DNA of 64,000 nucleotides from Promethearchaeati archaeon SRVP18_Atabeyarchaeia-1 (GCA_037308085.1 CP147779.1:128001-192000); one strand, 5' to 3'. Positions 38,521 through 50,200 are shown, counted from the first letter of the stretch. The notes: generated from the sequence alone by a model not told the origin. A program made the numbers and translations.

Positions 38521-40473
38521 ATGCCAAACCAAAATAGATTCCGTATTGAGTCTCTGCTTTCAGCTCGTCGGCTAGTGTCTCCCCAGTTATGCGGGGACAG
38601 GATCTACTTCTTGAGTGATATGAGTGGCTTGATTAGCCTCTACCGGATGAGCAAAGAGGGCAGTATACCTGAGCCGCTGCTACCTGGCGGGCTTGCTCTT
38701 CAGAATCCCCACTTAATGGATGGAAGGGTCTTCTACGCGCTGCCACAACTGCAGAAGATACTAGTCATGATTGATGAGAATGGCAATGAGAACTACCAGC
38801 CTTCCTTTGTCCCAGAAGAAGGTGGCATCCCTGAGCCCATATTCGGAGACAAATACAAGGGAGAAAAATTGGCGTGCCTATACTGTGACGTAGAGCAGAA
38901 TATCGCGTACTTCTTTCGCGATGATAGGAAGACCCCCGACCTGGAATGCTTGCAGACGAATCTCCGGACTCTCGAAACCAACTCGCTCGGTAAGAGCATA
39001 TACGGGAACTTCTTCAATGGAGTCAACGAAGATCACTCCAAGGTAATCCTAGTCGACCAATACACGGCTCAAGATAACGTTCTCTTTATTTGGAAGCGCG
39101 GCGCATCAGAGAGGGAACTACTTTATGGCACACCCATTGACAAGCGTGAACCCGGTCAGCAAGTGAAGTTTTCGGGCATAGGCGCATGCCACTTCACTGA
39201 CGATAACAAGGGACTTCTCTTCAGAACAACTCTTTTCCACGACGAAGCAGGACTCGGCTACCTTAAGCTCGACGACCCCAGCCTAGTAGCAGAGATTCCT
39301 GTCTCAGGGCTCAAACACGAAGGGCAAGGAGAACTCGTCGAGACGCGACACATCCACGGAAACAGATTCGTCCTAGAATACAATATTGACGGGTGCACAT
39401 GGCTTTACGAAGGACTGTTTTACGGCAAGAAGAGCCCGCACTTCGACGTTGAGAAAGTTGTATCTGGCCTCCCCCCTGTCTCCAACGGCGTTGTCCTCGG
39501 ATGGGAATATGAGTTGAACAAGAACAAACGGGAACCCTACGCCGAATACGTCCTCTCCTTCACAAAAGCCACCAGTCCATCCCAGCTCTATCTCTTCGAC
39601 CCCTACAATTCTGCAAAAAAGGAAAGACAGTACACAGTTCTATCAAATGAGCGTGTACTTGGGATCGACAAGAAATATCTCTCAGAGGGTGAGGACAAGA
39701 GCTACACAAGCTTCGACGGACTGCGGATCTCAGCACGCCTCTACATGCCTTCTGAGCATCTAGACTTCCAGGGACCTAGGCCACTGGTTCTCTATGTGCA
39801 TGGGGGACCACAGGGTCAAGAGCGTCCCGACTTCACATGGTTCTCAATGCCCCTAATACAGTACTTGACCCTCAACGGGTTCGCTGTCTTCGTGCCAAAC
39901 GTCCGGGGCAGCGCCGGATATGGATTGCGATTCATGAAAATGGTTGACCACGACTGGGGCGGGAATGACAGGCTCGATCAGATTGAGGGACTGAAGACGC
40001 TGGAAACAGATCCACGAATCGACTCCTCAAGGAGAGCAGTTATAGGCAGATCCTACGGAGGATATATGACCCTCACACTTGTGTCTCGTCACCCTGAGCT
40101 CTGGAAGGCCGCTTGTGATATGTTCGGCCCCTACGACCTACCTGCGTTTATTAACAGGCTACCGGAATCATGGAAGACATTCTTCTACCTCGAAATTGGT
40201 CACCCTGAGAAGGACCGTGATTTCCTGATAGAACGTTCCCCCCGAACTTACTTGGATAATATCTCGTGCCCGATGCTCATCATCCAAGGAAAGAATGACC
40301 CTCGCGTGCTGAAGGAAGAGTCTGCTGAGATCGCTGAGAAACTGAAGGCAAGGGGCTTAGATGTGGACTTCCAGTTGTTCGAAGATGAAGGACATGATGT
40401 CTTGAAGTATAAGAACCGAGTGACCTGTTATACAAAGATCAAAGACTTCTTCCAGAAACACCTAATGAGCTAA
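38521..40473 (+). CDS. S9 prolyl oligopeptidase/acylaminoacyl peptidase
   Basis: VHGGP, NVRGS, GRSYGG, NDPRV, DEGH triad. Confidence 0.94.
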   Translation: MPNQNRFRIESLLSARRLVSPQLCGDRIYFLSDMSGLISLYRMSKEGSIPEPLLPGGLALQNPHLMDGRVFYALPQLQKILVMIDENGNENYQPSFVPEEGGIPEPIFGDKYKGEKLACLYCDVEQNIAYFFRDDRKTPDLECLQTNLRTLETNSLGKSIYGNFFNGVNEDHSKVILVDQYTAQDNVLFIWKRGASERELLYGTPIDKREPGQQVKFSGIGACHFTDDNKGLLFRTTLFHDEAGLGYLKLDDPSLVAEIPVSGLKHEGQGELVETRHIHGNRFVLEYNIDGCTWLYEGLFYGKKSPHFDVEKVVSGLPPVSNGVVLGWEYELNKNKREPYAEYVLSFTKATSPSQLYLFDPYNSAKKERQYTVLSNERVLGIDKKYLSEGEDKSYTSFDGLRISARLYMPSEHLDFQGPRPLVLYVHGGPQGQERPDFTWFSMPLIQYLTLNGFAVFVPNVRGSAGYGLRFMKMVDHDWGGNDRLDQIEGLKTLETDPRIDSSRRAVIGRSYGGYMTLTLVSRHPELWKAACDMFGPYDLPAFINRLPESWKTFFYLEIGHPEKDRDFLIERSPRTYLDNISCPMLIIQGKNDPRVLKEESAEIAEKLKARGLDVDFQLFEDEGHDVLKYKNRVTCYTKIKDFFQKHLMS

Positions 40474-40975
40474 CAGAAAGAAAGTTCGACAGCAAGTTTA
40501 CATCGGGCAGTTCTATCTTTAGTGTCTCGCCTATCCTCATTCCACTCGAACTCAGCACAAGGAACAATGCTTTGCCCTGTATTGGCAGATGGCTCATTAT
40601 CTTCCTTAACATTACATTTGAAGGAACCTTGTCCATTGTTACTGCATCGGTTCCCTTTACTCTGTGTATGAGAGTATCCCAGAAGTCCTCATCGAACCTA
40701 ACCCTGTTTGCCTTGAAGAAACTCCTGAGCCCCGACATTGTTGATCGTACTGTTTCTGGGGCTTCTCCTTTAATTGCTGAAAAGAAATTGGTCACATCTT
40801 CTTCGTAATTCCTGTTCTCTGTGAGGTATTTTTCTGCATCTCCATCCTCACTGAATTTGATGTCAGGGTTTCCGCCATGGTATACAAAACGCAGGTACTT
40901 CACTATGACATGCTTGCATTGTATGGTCGTTGCTTTGCTACTGAACTGGTTAAGAAGACTTTTTGCTCGATCCAA
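40439..40975 (-). pseudogene. Truncated tyrosine recombinase/integrase (N-terminal half)
   Basis: APETVRSTMSGLRSFF (core-binding) and LSSSGMRIGETLKIELPDVNL (first catalytic Arg box). Homology ends at the peptidase 3' end; no HxxR or Tyr motifs. Confidence 0.8.
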
Positions 40976-41168
40976 CTCTCTCTATCTTCTCTGTAACCAT
41001 TAAATAGATAGTTACTGATACAAATATATAAATCCTTAAGTAGCGGGCTTCAATATAATGATATTTATATGTGCATAGTTAACGAGTCTTTGAATTATCG
41101 ATTGAAGCTGAAGGAACACGTGCAGAGAAACTAGTCGCAGCACGCGTCGACCACCGAGGTAAGTACTA

Positions 41169-42113
41169 ATGACTTTGAGATGTGCCGTGATTGGGGCCGG
41201 ATGGTTTGGCAGAGCACATTGCCGCGTCTACAGAGATCTAATAAACGCCCAGCTAGTAGCGGTTGCGGACGCAGACTCTTCACGCGCCAACGAGGTTGCG
41301 CAAATCTATAGCTGCAAGCCATATACCGATGCCATTGACATGGTGGAAACAGAAAGACCTGATGCAGTCAGCATAGCCGTTTCACCGCAGAACCTATCAA
41401 AAGTGGCATCAAAGGTGATCGAACACAAGATAGGTGGAGTCTTGGTCGAGAAGCCCATAGCGACAAGTCTGCAGGAAGTCACTGAGCTGCTGAACAAGAG
41501 CAAGAAAAGGGAAGTCCCCGTAATGCCAGGATTCATAGAGCTATTTAACCCCTGCATCGAGAGGCTTGAAGAGGCAATCAAGAAGAACAACGAGGTCGGA
41601 CAACCCTACGTGGCTAGCTCAAAGAGAATTGGAAGGAACCCAAAAAGAGGGTGGGACATAGGTGTTCTACTCGATCTCGGAATACATGAGATCTACGTTC
41701 TAAGAAAGCTCTTTGGATCTCCCCGACGGATATTCTGCCAGACCAAGAGCTACGGCGGTGGCAAGACGGAGGACGTGGCTAACCTGATTATTGAATTTGA
41801 CAACGGCGTTCTAGGGATGATAGAAACTAACTGGATTACACCCATAGGAATAAGAAGCATGATAGTAACAGGATCTGAAGGAAGCGTGGAGGTCGACTAC
41901 ATAACACAAGAACTAAAGATGATCAAGAAGGATCGAACCATAAAACCACACTTCGCCTTCGAAGAGCCACTGAAGCGCGAATTGAAAGCCTTCACCGAAT
42001 CAATCGAGAAAGGAGAGGATCCGCCCGTGAACCTTGTGGATGCCGAGGAATCGCTCAAAGTCGCCTTCGCAGCACTTAACTCCGCGAGGCAAATGCAAGT
42101 GGTCGCGCTATAG
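41169..42113 (+). CDS. Gfo/Idh/MocA NAD(P)-dependent oxidoreductase
   Basis: VIGAGWFG, VEKPI, DLGIHE. Confidence 0.92.
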   Translation: MTLRCAVIGAGWFGRAHCRVYRDLINAQLVAVADADSSRANEVAQIYSCKPYTDAIDMVETERPDAVSIAVSPQNLSKVASKVIEHKIGGVLVEKPIATSLQEVTELLNKSKKREVPVMPGFIELFNPCIERLEEAIKKNNEVGQPYVASSKRIGRNPKRGWDIGVLLDLGIHEIYVLRKLFGSPRRIFCQTKSYGGGKTEDVANLIIEFDNGVLGMIETNWITPIGIRSMIVTGSEGSVEVDYITQELKMIKKDRTIKPHFAFEEPLKRELKAFTESIEKGEDPPVNLVDAEESLKVAFAALNSARQMQVVAL

Positions 42114-42185
42114 GATGTTATCCCATCACGTAAAACTATATATATGAAAGCAAGGATTTCTTGTTGTGAGGGAAGGTTCATCACC

Positions 42186-42398
42186 ATGTCAGACAACCAG
42201 AATGATATCCCGCCTTCTGCATTGAAGATATTTGGCATCCTGAAGATCAGCGGACCGTTGACGCCTAAGGCAATCTCCAACAGGACGACTTTCTCATCAA
42301 GAACCGTGAGATACGCCTTGAAGATCCTTCTGAAGCTTGGACTGGTTAGGAAGCTTCCCAATCTACATGATGCCAGGCAGTTCATCTACAAAACCTGA
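42186..42398 (+). CDS. Small winged-helix transcriptional regulator
   Basis: PPSALKIFGIL..GPLT...RTVRYALKIL...DARQFIY. Start reassigned to ATG 42186. Confidence 0.82.
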   Translation: MSDNQNDIPPSALKIFGILKISGPLTPKAISNRTTFSSRTVRYALKILLKLGLVRKLPNLHDARQFIYKT

Positions 42399-42592
42399 GA
42401 AAGGACTGGACCGGTCTCTCGCCCCCAGGTTTCTGCGACTTTTTGGTCATTGCTAATCGTATGAAACTGATTGACTGGCAACAGCTTAATGTTTTTATAT
42501 TTGTAACCAGCATCAAGTTATCAGATTACGCACCGTATTTAAAACGGTCGCGTGTCCTTTGCATGTATAGCCAAACTAACGAGGGGACTTGT

Positions 42593-44029
42593 ATGGATAG
42601 TCAGGGTGAAACAACCTATAAGGAAAGCATATCGGAAGCTCAGAAGATCCTGAAAGGCAAGAAAGAGAATTTTGCGCGTTTACAGAGAGAAGTCATTAAC
42701 ACAGGGGCATGTTGCTCTTGCGGTGCTTGTGTGGCAAGCTGCGATCAGTTGGGTTTTGAAGACGGAAAGCCGAAGCTCGTTGGCAAGTGCACCGTCTGTG
42801 GAGTCTGTTATAGCCAGTGCCCCCAGACGTCCACGATCGCATCCCAGTTGATAGGCAACTGTCTTGGGGTATTTACGGGCAAAAGCAGGCGTGGTGACGT
42901 CAAAGGCCAGGATGGGGGAGTGGTTACATCGCTTCTCCTCTACGCATTGGACAAGAAGATGATTGATGCGGCCGTCGTCACTCGGCAGAAGAGCGAGCAG
43001 CCTTGGAAGCCTGAGGCGGATGTCGTGACATCAAACAAGGAGATTATTGAAAGCTCAGGATCAGTCTACAGTCACAGCCAAGTTGTGCCGGCTCTCGCCA
43101 AGGCCATTAAGGGCGGCCATAAGTCAATAGCTTTTGTTGGGACACCCTGTAAGATAGACGCCGCGTACAAGATGCAGAACTCCCTTGTTGGACTTGTTCA
43201 TCTCTCCAAGGGGATAAACGTCGTTAGACTGGGGCTATTCTGCATGGATTCGTTCTCTCCGAACGGCCTGCGGACGTTCTTTGAGGAGAAGAACTCCATA
43301 CCATTGGCAGATATCGTGAAGATGAACATCAAGGAAGGGAAGTTTAGAGTCACCCGCAAAACCGGTGAGGAAAAGGAGTTCCCTATCCCCGACTTGGACA
43401 GCTACAGGTCAAGCAGCTGTGACTTCTGCACAGATTTCACTTCCGAGAAAGCAGACATCTCAGTCGGAAGCGTTGGCTCGCAGCCTGGGTTCTCGACAAT
43501 AATCGTTAGAACAAACGCGGGACTTGAACTTCTGAACGAAGCTGCCGGGAAAGGATACATAGAATTCAAGCCACTAAACGATGAAGATTTGACTAAGGTA
43601 TTGAACTTGGCGAGAACCAAGAAGAATCACCGCTACTCTCCCCGTGAGAAACAGTTGCACATGTTGAACCTGCCGCCTTCCAAGCTTGAGGGGTTCTTGG
43701 CCTCGGAAACGCAACCTGCCAAACCATTGATCAAGCTTGTAGGTACGGAGCTTTCGGGAGAAGGCGCAAGCAGGGTTAGAGCTACACTGAGAAACGACTC
43801 GGTTGACTCACTCGAAGACGTGAAAGTCACGATAGCCCACAGAGCTGAAGCGCCCAGCAATGTAGTCGGGTGGAAAGTGCCCGTCAGCGAGTGGTTGCCC
43901 TCACAGCAAATCGCGTTCGATTATCAGAGAGTGAAAGACGAGAAAGAGTACATCATTGAGGTTGAGAGCGAAGAAGGAGATAAGATCTTCACCAAGAAAA
44001 TGACCACAGCAGACTTGATGAAGAAGTAG
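42593..44029 (+). CDS. F420 hydrogenase/dehydrogenase beta-subunit (FrhB/FdhB family) with N-terminal ferredoxin and C-terminal extension
   Basis: CCSCGACVASC, CTVCGVCYSQCP, GQDGGVVT, VGTPC, GLFCMDSF, CDFCTD, ADISVG. GAGGGG SD before ATG 42593. Confidence 0.9.
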   Translation: MDSQGETTYKESISEAQKILKGKKENFARLQREVINTGACCSCGACVASCDQLGFEDGKPKLVGKCTVCGVCYSQCPQTSTIASQLIGNCLGVFTGKSRRGDVKGQDGGVVTSLLLYALDKKMIDAAVVTRQKSEQPWKPEADVVTSNKEIIESSGSVYSHSQVVPALAKAIKGGHKSIAFVGTPCKIDAAYKMQNSLVGLVHLSKGINVVRLGLFCMDSFSPNGLRTFFEEKNSIPLADIVKMNIKEGKFRVTRKTGEEKEFPIPDLDSYRSSSCDFCTDFTSEKADISVGSVGSQPGFSTIIVRTNAGLELLNEAAGKGYIEFKPLNDEDLTKVLNLARTKKNHRYSPREKQLHMLNLPPSKLEGFLASETQPAKPLIKLVGTELSGEGASRVRATLRNDSVDSLEDVKVTIAHRAEAPSNVVGWKVPVSEWLPSQQIAFDYQRVKDEKEYIIEVESEEGDKIFTKKMTTADLMKK

Positions 44030-44189
44030 AAGCCACAAGGACTAGTCGCTGAAAGCAATAGCTGGAAGGCGGCATTCAGGGTCTTCAACCCCTTCATCCC
44101 AGCGAGCCTTCTTCAGCGCGTGAGGAGAACGCTGCAAGGGTCCCAATCGAGCTATGGTCGACAAGATAAGGGACCACAGACTACTCTTT

Positions 44190-44906
44190 CTAGTGTGATT
44201 CGAAGAATAAGGACAAAAGCTCGATGAAGCTTGGCTCATTGGTCCAAATGGAAACCCAAGGCCCCTGGTAGTTGTTTGTGCATCCCGAAGAGAGCAGCGC
44301 TTCCTTCCCATCGACTACGACAAGTATAGATGGGATATCATCCTTTCTTGTGAAGTTTATGCTTTCGTCAATCTTTGGAATAGGTACCTGAGGATTTCCC
44401 CTTTGACTCAACATTAGTCTCGTTTTCACATTTCTGCCTACAGCCTTGTCCAAAGGCGGCTTCACTTTCTCAAGGACTGCCGTCGGAAGCGCCAGCAGAA
44501 GCTCTTCCTGAACACCGTTTAGCATCTCTTCGATCTTGTTGATTATGTTTACTTGACCCTTTATCGTCCACATCTCTGCATTGGATCGTTCATAGCCGTA
44601 CCGCGACGCGAATTCCTCTACCGCCATGGCTGTTTGCGCTTTGAGACCTTTTTCAAGCCTCTCAAAAGCATCCTTGGGCGGCACAGCGCGGTAGATCATT
44701 GGTCTTCCGTCCTGGGTTTCAACCAGTCCCTTCGACTCAAGTTTGGCCAGAGTATCATAGGCACGTGGCTGAGGGATTGCAGCAACCTTGCATAGTTCCC
44801 TTACAGATGCGGACCCAAGCTCTACAAGAGTTGCGTAAGCCTTTGACTCATACTCACTCAGACCGTATCTCTTCAAGACTTCACGCGCAGAATCACTAAC
44901 ACTCAA
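44190..44906 (-). CDS. TrmB family transcriptional regulator
   Basis: GLSEYESKAY, IPQPRAYDTLAKLESKGLV, YRAVPP, C-terminal VVDGKE. Confidence 0.92.
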   Translation of the reverse strand: MSVSDSAREVLKRYGLSEYESKAYATLVELGSASVRELCKVAAIPQPRAYDTLAKLESKGLVETQDGRPMIYRAVPPKDAFERLEKGLKAQTAMAVEEFASRYGYERSNAEMWTIKGQVNIINKIEEMLNGVQEELLLALPTAVLEKVKPPLDKAVGRNVKTRLMLSQRGNPQVPIPKIDESINFTRKDDIPSILVVVDGKEALLSSGCTNNYQGPWVSIWTNEPSFIELLSLFFESH

Positions 44907-44957
44907 ACTCTTCCTATCCTCCCCTTACTGTTATTGAGGTCATGACAAGTAGAATTT

Positions 44958-45200
44958 TCATGTTGCCACTAGCGTTGTGGTCTGTTCGATGTTAGGGAGT
45001 TTCCTGATCTCTGTGACCACTGCGTCCAGTTTGCCAAAGCTCTCCGTCTGAACGGTCACCACAATATCCCAAGCACCGTAGCAAACCTTCGCGTCGGTTA
45101 CATCATCTATTTTCCTGATGTGCTCAGCTACATCATGCTCGCTTCCAGCTGAGGCAAGTGCGAGCACATAGGCGATTACCTTTGGCACTACATAATGCAC
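44958..45200 (-). CDS. Stand-alone Lrp/AsnC ligand-binding (RAM) domain
   Basis: YGAWDIVV, IRKLPNIEQTTTL. Confidence 0.88.
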   Translation of the reverse strand: MHYVVPKVIAYVLALASAGSEHDVAEHIRKIDDVTDAKVCYGAWDIVVTVQTESFGKLDAVVTEIRKLPNIEQTTTLVAT

Positions 45201-45364
45201 CTCTCATCTTCAACAGGCTACCAGTGGTGCTACAGTCAAACCTTGCTACTCCAAGGTACATGACACCAAAAAAACCTTCTGCGAATTGGTTATTTAAATC
45301 TAGTTTGACAGCTCGGCGAGGGGCTAAGCCCCTTGTAGAGACTACTTATTCTCTTAGAACACTT

Positions 45365-46576
45365 TCACGCCTTGGTGTTGCTTGCCGACAGCTTTTTGGC
45401 GGTTTGACCAAAAGCCTTCAAGTTCTCTACTGAGATCTGACCGTATGCATGCAAGACTAGACCGTTGGACTCTTCAGATGCCGCCTTGACTAAGTTGACC
45501 GTCTCCTTGGCGGTGACCGAGGGACTAAAGACGGCGAGTGGATAGACCTTCACTTCCCGCATTACTCCCCTAAGGGTTCTCCTTAGGGAACGCAACTCGT
45601 TGGCTATGCTGTTCCCGCCCCGATGTATGAGGGGCTCCTCTATTATTGGGTAGAGACAATCAAGGTTCTTGCCCAGCGCCCTGTAATCGTGACCCGCAAT
45701 CCATGAGACCTCGGAGGGACAGAGATCTATACCAATGAGAGCGTCTGCATTGGCTTGCCTTGAGGCGATCATCATCCTTCCATTGATCTCTGAGACCATG
45801 TGCCGCCTATGCTGAAGCCACGAACTCAAGCCGAGCAATGAAGCCCAGGACCTCAGAATCTTTAGCGAAACCGAAAAGGGATTACTCCCAGCAGCTTCCA
45901 TGATCCTCTGAGGCTCACCGAAAGGTTTGGGGAAGAAAACCAGTCGACGCTTGACCCCATCCAGATTGATGCCTTGGTTCCGCGCTTCGGCTCTACAGTA
46001 TTTGCAGAAGCATGTCAGGTTTCCCGTCCTGAATGAAGATGTTATTGAATAGTGGAGCTTCTCAAGCTCAACACCAGCCACATCATAATTTGATAGAACA
46101 TCGCTTGTTAGGCTGAGCATATACCTCTCAACGCTGGGGTTGTTGAAGCACATGAATGGGTATGATCCATCGCTTCTCTCTCCGGCACTGCTCAGCTGGG
46201 CGTATTCTGGCTTTCTCTTGAGTGCAACCTGATTGATGAGGCAATTAACCACGGCATAAACCTGAATCCCCTTCTTCCTAGCTTCCTTACACACTTCGCT
46301 GAGAACATCCAGGCTTCCGAACTGCTTTGCCCTGGTCGGCTTGATCTTTGAGCCCTCATAGAATTTCGGAGATGGCGTGAAACACACGGCGCCTTCCTCG
46401 CCCGATGAAAGGACGTAGGGAGTGGGCTTCTGGAAAGCGTTTACCGGGAGATGGACGTATTCGCAATGGGACAGACTGCTTAGCTTGGCAATGATCTCCT
46501 TGGCTCCTTCGCCAGCTATGCCGTCAGGGTAGCATCGAATCCCAAAATGCAATTCTCTACACCGCCACATCTTCAC
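45365..46576 (-). CDS. Glycoside hydrolase-like TIM-barrel protein (GHL10/DUF187-like)
   Basis: CKEARKKGIQVYA, FMCFNNPSV, NYDVAGVEL, CFCKYC. Confidence 0.65.
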   Translation of the reverse strand: MKMWRCRELHFGIRCYPDGIAGEGAKEIIAKLSSLSHCEYVHLPVNAFQKPTPYVLSSGEEGAVCFTPSPKFYEGSKIKPTRAKQFGSLDVLSEVCKEARKKGIQVYAVVNCLINQVALKRKPEYAQLSSAGERSDGSYPFMCFNNPSVERYMLSLTSDVLSNYDVAGVELEKLHYSITSSFRTGNLTCFCKYCRAEARNQGINLDGVKRRLVFFPKPFGEPQRIMEAAGSNPFSVSLKILRSWASLLGLSSWLQHRRHMVSEINGRMMIASRQANADALIGIDLCPSEVSWIAGHDYRALGKNLDCLYPIIEEPLIHRGGNSIANELRSLRRTLRGVMREVKVYPLAVFSPSVTAKETVNLVKAASEESNGLVLHAYGQISVENLKAFGQTAKKLSASNTKA

Positions 46577-46809
46577 GGAACGAGGTTATTCGAGTCTGCA
46601 TAGCGGAACAGGATTTGAAAAGACCAATATTCTTCCATTCTCGGAACCGGGACACCTTGGGAGGGAGCCCGGAGCATCGGCTCCAACTTTGGGAGCGAGG
46701 CAACGCGGACTGTTGCTCACCTCAACATCAAAGCACAATTCGTTTCGGTCTGTGAGATGAAGTATGCGGAAAGAAGAAACCCGGACTCGCTCCACTTCTT
46801 GCCCTTTGA

Positions 46810-47118
46810 CTACTTTTTCCTCTGCTTCTTGGCATTGGGAGCCTTGGCTTTTTCCTTGGGTTTCGCTTTCTGTGTGCTCCTTGCTCTGCCTTTCGTTCCC
46901 AGCGCTTCCTGCAATGTTTTTACGTTTTCTTCATGAACACTTTTGCGCAGGTGGTCAACTCGAAGGTGAGCCGACTTCATGTCATCGACGGACGCGCCTG
47001 CTTCATCGATTTCCCCGTAACTGAAGCCTCGACCCGGTCTAAGGACACCTTCCCTGGGCTTCCCTAACGGGGGCTTAACCATTGGGGTTCTGGTCTTGCC
47101 GCTATTTTCTTCGCTCAT
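46810..47118 (-). CDS. rpl13e: 50S ribosomal protein L13e
   Basis: RPGRGFSYGEI..AG, VDHLRKSVHEENV; basic tail. Confidence 0.9.
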   Translation of the reverse strand: MSEENSGKTRTPMVKPPLGKPREGVLRPGRGFSYGEIDEAGASVDDMKSAHLRVDHLRKSVHEENVKTLQEALGTKGRARSTQKAKPKEKAKAPNAKKQRKK

Positions 47119-47289
47119 GCTCGTTCTCAGCCTCTTTCAGTTCTACGAGGTGTGCTTAAGAATAAGCACGAGAGCTTAAAACCTCTTCTCTAGAAGGCAA
47201 CTCTCATTTCACTTCAGCCATGCTGGACGAGGACTGTCATTACTTCACTTATTCAGGAAAAAAGAGAGGAATAGAGTTCTGCAACTCTG

Positions 47290-50200
47290 TCATAGGTCCG
47301 CGTAGTCACCCTTCTTTTTCTTCGTCTCCTCACGCTCTTCTGAACTTTCCTTGGAAGACTCCGCTTCTCCAGAGGGCTCTTTTCCGCCTTTGCCTTCAAG
47401 TCGTTCCAGTTCCTTGGCTATGAGGTCGACGTCTGTCTCACTGGGCTCGGTCCCAGCAGACTCTTCCACAGCCCCCTGCTCTTCTCCGGTTACCACTTCC
47501 TGTGGGAGCGCAGACTCCTCAGCTGCTTTCTGGCCTTTTACTGCCTCTTTCTCGAGCTCTTCCATCTTCTCCTTCGAGAGTATTGTCAGTCTGTCCTGGA
47601 ATATCGTGCCCACAATCTCGGTTCTCGTCCGCATGGGGACTGGCTGAAGCATCTCTCCTTTGGTGATCAGTTTGACGCTTTGGTCGATCTTCTTGATAAC
47701 GAACGGTATCTTGGACCTGCGGTAGAAGACAACTCCGAGTATTCCTATTAGGACAGCGCCAGCACTTCCCCCACCAATCATCATGATAGTCATCAGGGAG
47801 AATCCACCAGTCTGGAACCTAAGCGGGATGGTTTGGCTTTGGGTGAAGTAGTTAGTTGCTGAAGCCGATATTATGAAGTCAATTCCATTACTGGAAATCC
47901 AGCCGGTCTCGAGGTTTATCGCGTAAGTGCCGTCCCCAACATATGAAACAGTATAATGGCTATGATCGATCCCAAGCAAAGTGTGAGAGTCAATCAAAGT
48001 GATGTTGGCATTCGGAATACCCTTGTCGGCGTGATCGGTGTCCGAGTACCGCACTGTATACGTTGCATTCGATCCTTTGACTATTGATTGTGGAAGGGTG
48101 GGTACGATTTTCGTACTGATGCGATTGACGTACATAATCTCGAGTCCGATTAAAGGTGGAGTTGTAGCATATGTGTGGTTGCCTTTGACAATCAAGACTA
48201 TTAGTGGATACGCGCGATAGTTAGATGTGCCGAGAATGACACTTGTCGTGTTAAAGAAGACCGTGTAGAGCCCATTGCCATTCTCAGTAAAGTTCCATAT
48301 GACGTCTGGATTGACTGTGTAAAATGTTACTCCGATACTTGCCCCGAGAATCGGTTTGCCGCCATGGACAGTGTCGGTGTAGTTAATTACTATGTTACCT
48401 AGGTCGTTCCAATAAACATAAAGACCTGCGTCCGACTTCACAGCTAGGTTGGTTGCGATCGGTAATATGCTCAGAGTCGGATAGAGCCACTTATCCTCGT
48501 AGTAGCCATTTGCTGTCTGCACGCGAACGTGTAGCCAGAGTGTATAGTCTCCCACGGGAAGTGAGCCATTGAGCGTTAGAATCCAAGAACCGTGTGTCGA
48601 GTCCAGTCTCATGTTGTAGATAAAGCTGCCAGTGTAGTTTATTGCTCCCGTCTGTTTGTCGTACAGCTTTACATGATCCCATAGGCAATTGGATATGTTA
48701 GATATGCTGCCGGTATGATCAAGATCTTTGTAGATGAGTATTGCCGTAGAGTTGTCCCGCCAGTACACGCTTATCTGAGCTGGGGTTGAGGAGAGGTCGG
48801 TGTGAATGTTTCGCACAGTGACCTGCGCAGCTATTCCCGTTATCGAGTCCCAGTGCGGCCTTGACAGATCGAAAGCCACGTTAATTGTTTGTGGAGATAG
48901 TCCAGCTATGCTCAATGAAAATCTGTAAGTTCCGTTTCCGAATGGGGTAGCAACGCTGTATCCATTTGCCCAGTTGCAGGTGGCGCTCGCGCCGAAGATA
49001 GGCGTGTGCCCAGAGTCAATGTCACGGAAGGTAATCAAGAAAGTCACATTATCTCCCCAAGCCGTCGTGACTGATAGATAAGGCTCAGTGTGAGTTGTGT
49101 ACCTGTCTCGAACATTGAGGTAGCCGAGGTTAACTGACAATGACTGATAGTGAGTCTTATTCGCCTCGATGATCAAGAACCAGCTGCTAGTTCCAAGCGA
49201 CGTAGTGTTGGTTCTGAAGAATAGCTGGTATGTTCCGGCGCCCATATCGCTGTACCACCATCCGATACCTGAGGAGCCTAGCTGCTTACCGCCACCCCAA
49301 GTGCCATTGATGCTAAGGATGGCGCCAGATATTCCAAAGCCGTGATCGATATCCGTGTATACTAGTTGAACCACACTTACAGTGGAGTTCCAGGCATAAG
49401 TCTGTGCAATACTGAAACCCGCCGAGCTTCCAGTTGTGGCTATGTCTCTAACGAAAACCCTAACGAAGATGCTCTGCGGCACGAAACCCCCTAAGGTTGC
49501 GTTGACCTGGATCCAAGTTCCTTGGGGCGCAAAGTGTAGATATGCAGTTGGACCAGCTATGTCCACCGTGTAATTACCACGTATCCCCAGTGACGACATG
49601 GAGGAGGCGGACCAATTGCCTTCGCCAGTGTGAGTGCCGTTCCACCTCCAAATCACGTTGGCTCCCATTATGCCAGAGCTGTTCCGTGAATTCGTGTACA
49701 TGACTACCAGCTTGAAGCCATCCGAAAAGGTTGCCGTAAAAGGCTGCTTAGGCGACGTGAGACTGGTTGGCGTGAGGCGAGAGAGAGTGGAGTTTGTAGT
49801 GAATCTTGCAATACCATTAGCCGCTTGGTTTGTACTGTTCCAGTTGACGCAGAAGCGCCAGAAAGTTGCTTGCAGGTTGATACCATCAAACCATGTGACG
49901 TTACTATCAACCCATGGATTGAGTTTCAGCGAGAACGAGCCGTTGCCGGGGGAGAGACTAGGACTCCAAGTTCTGCTCAAGTAAGAGCCGCCTGATTCAT
50001 TGTAGAGCCGGATAGTCGGCGCATATGAAGCGATGTTGGATGGTATTCCTCCACTTCCATCTCTCAAGAGGCATATGAGTCTCGTCGTGTTTCCTGATAT
50101 AAAGGAAGTCGCATTCATCCAGTGAGTCTCGTTTTCACCTTGTGTGAAAAGTAGTGTCCTCAATTGACTTGGACCAATGTAGTTCGGCGCATATATCTGT

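Noticed and set aside
38201-38522. 65-aa and 87-aa ORFs between the GGR and S9 peptidase genes
   Set aside because: They occupy a divergent promoter region and have no protein-like features.
46577-46809. Several small GC-rich hairpins and a 69-aa ORF downstream of rpl13e
   Set aside because: No coherent fold, boxes or promoter that I can support.
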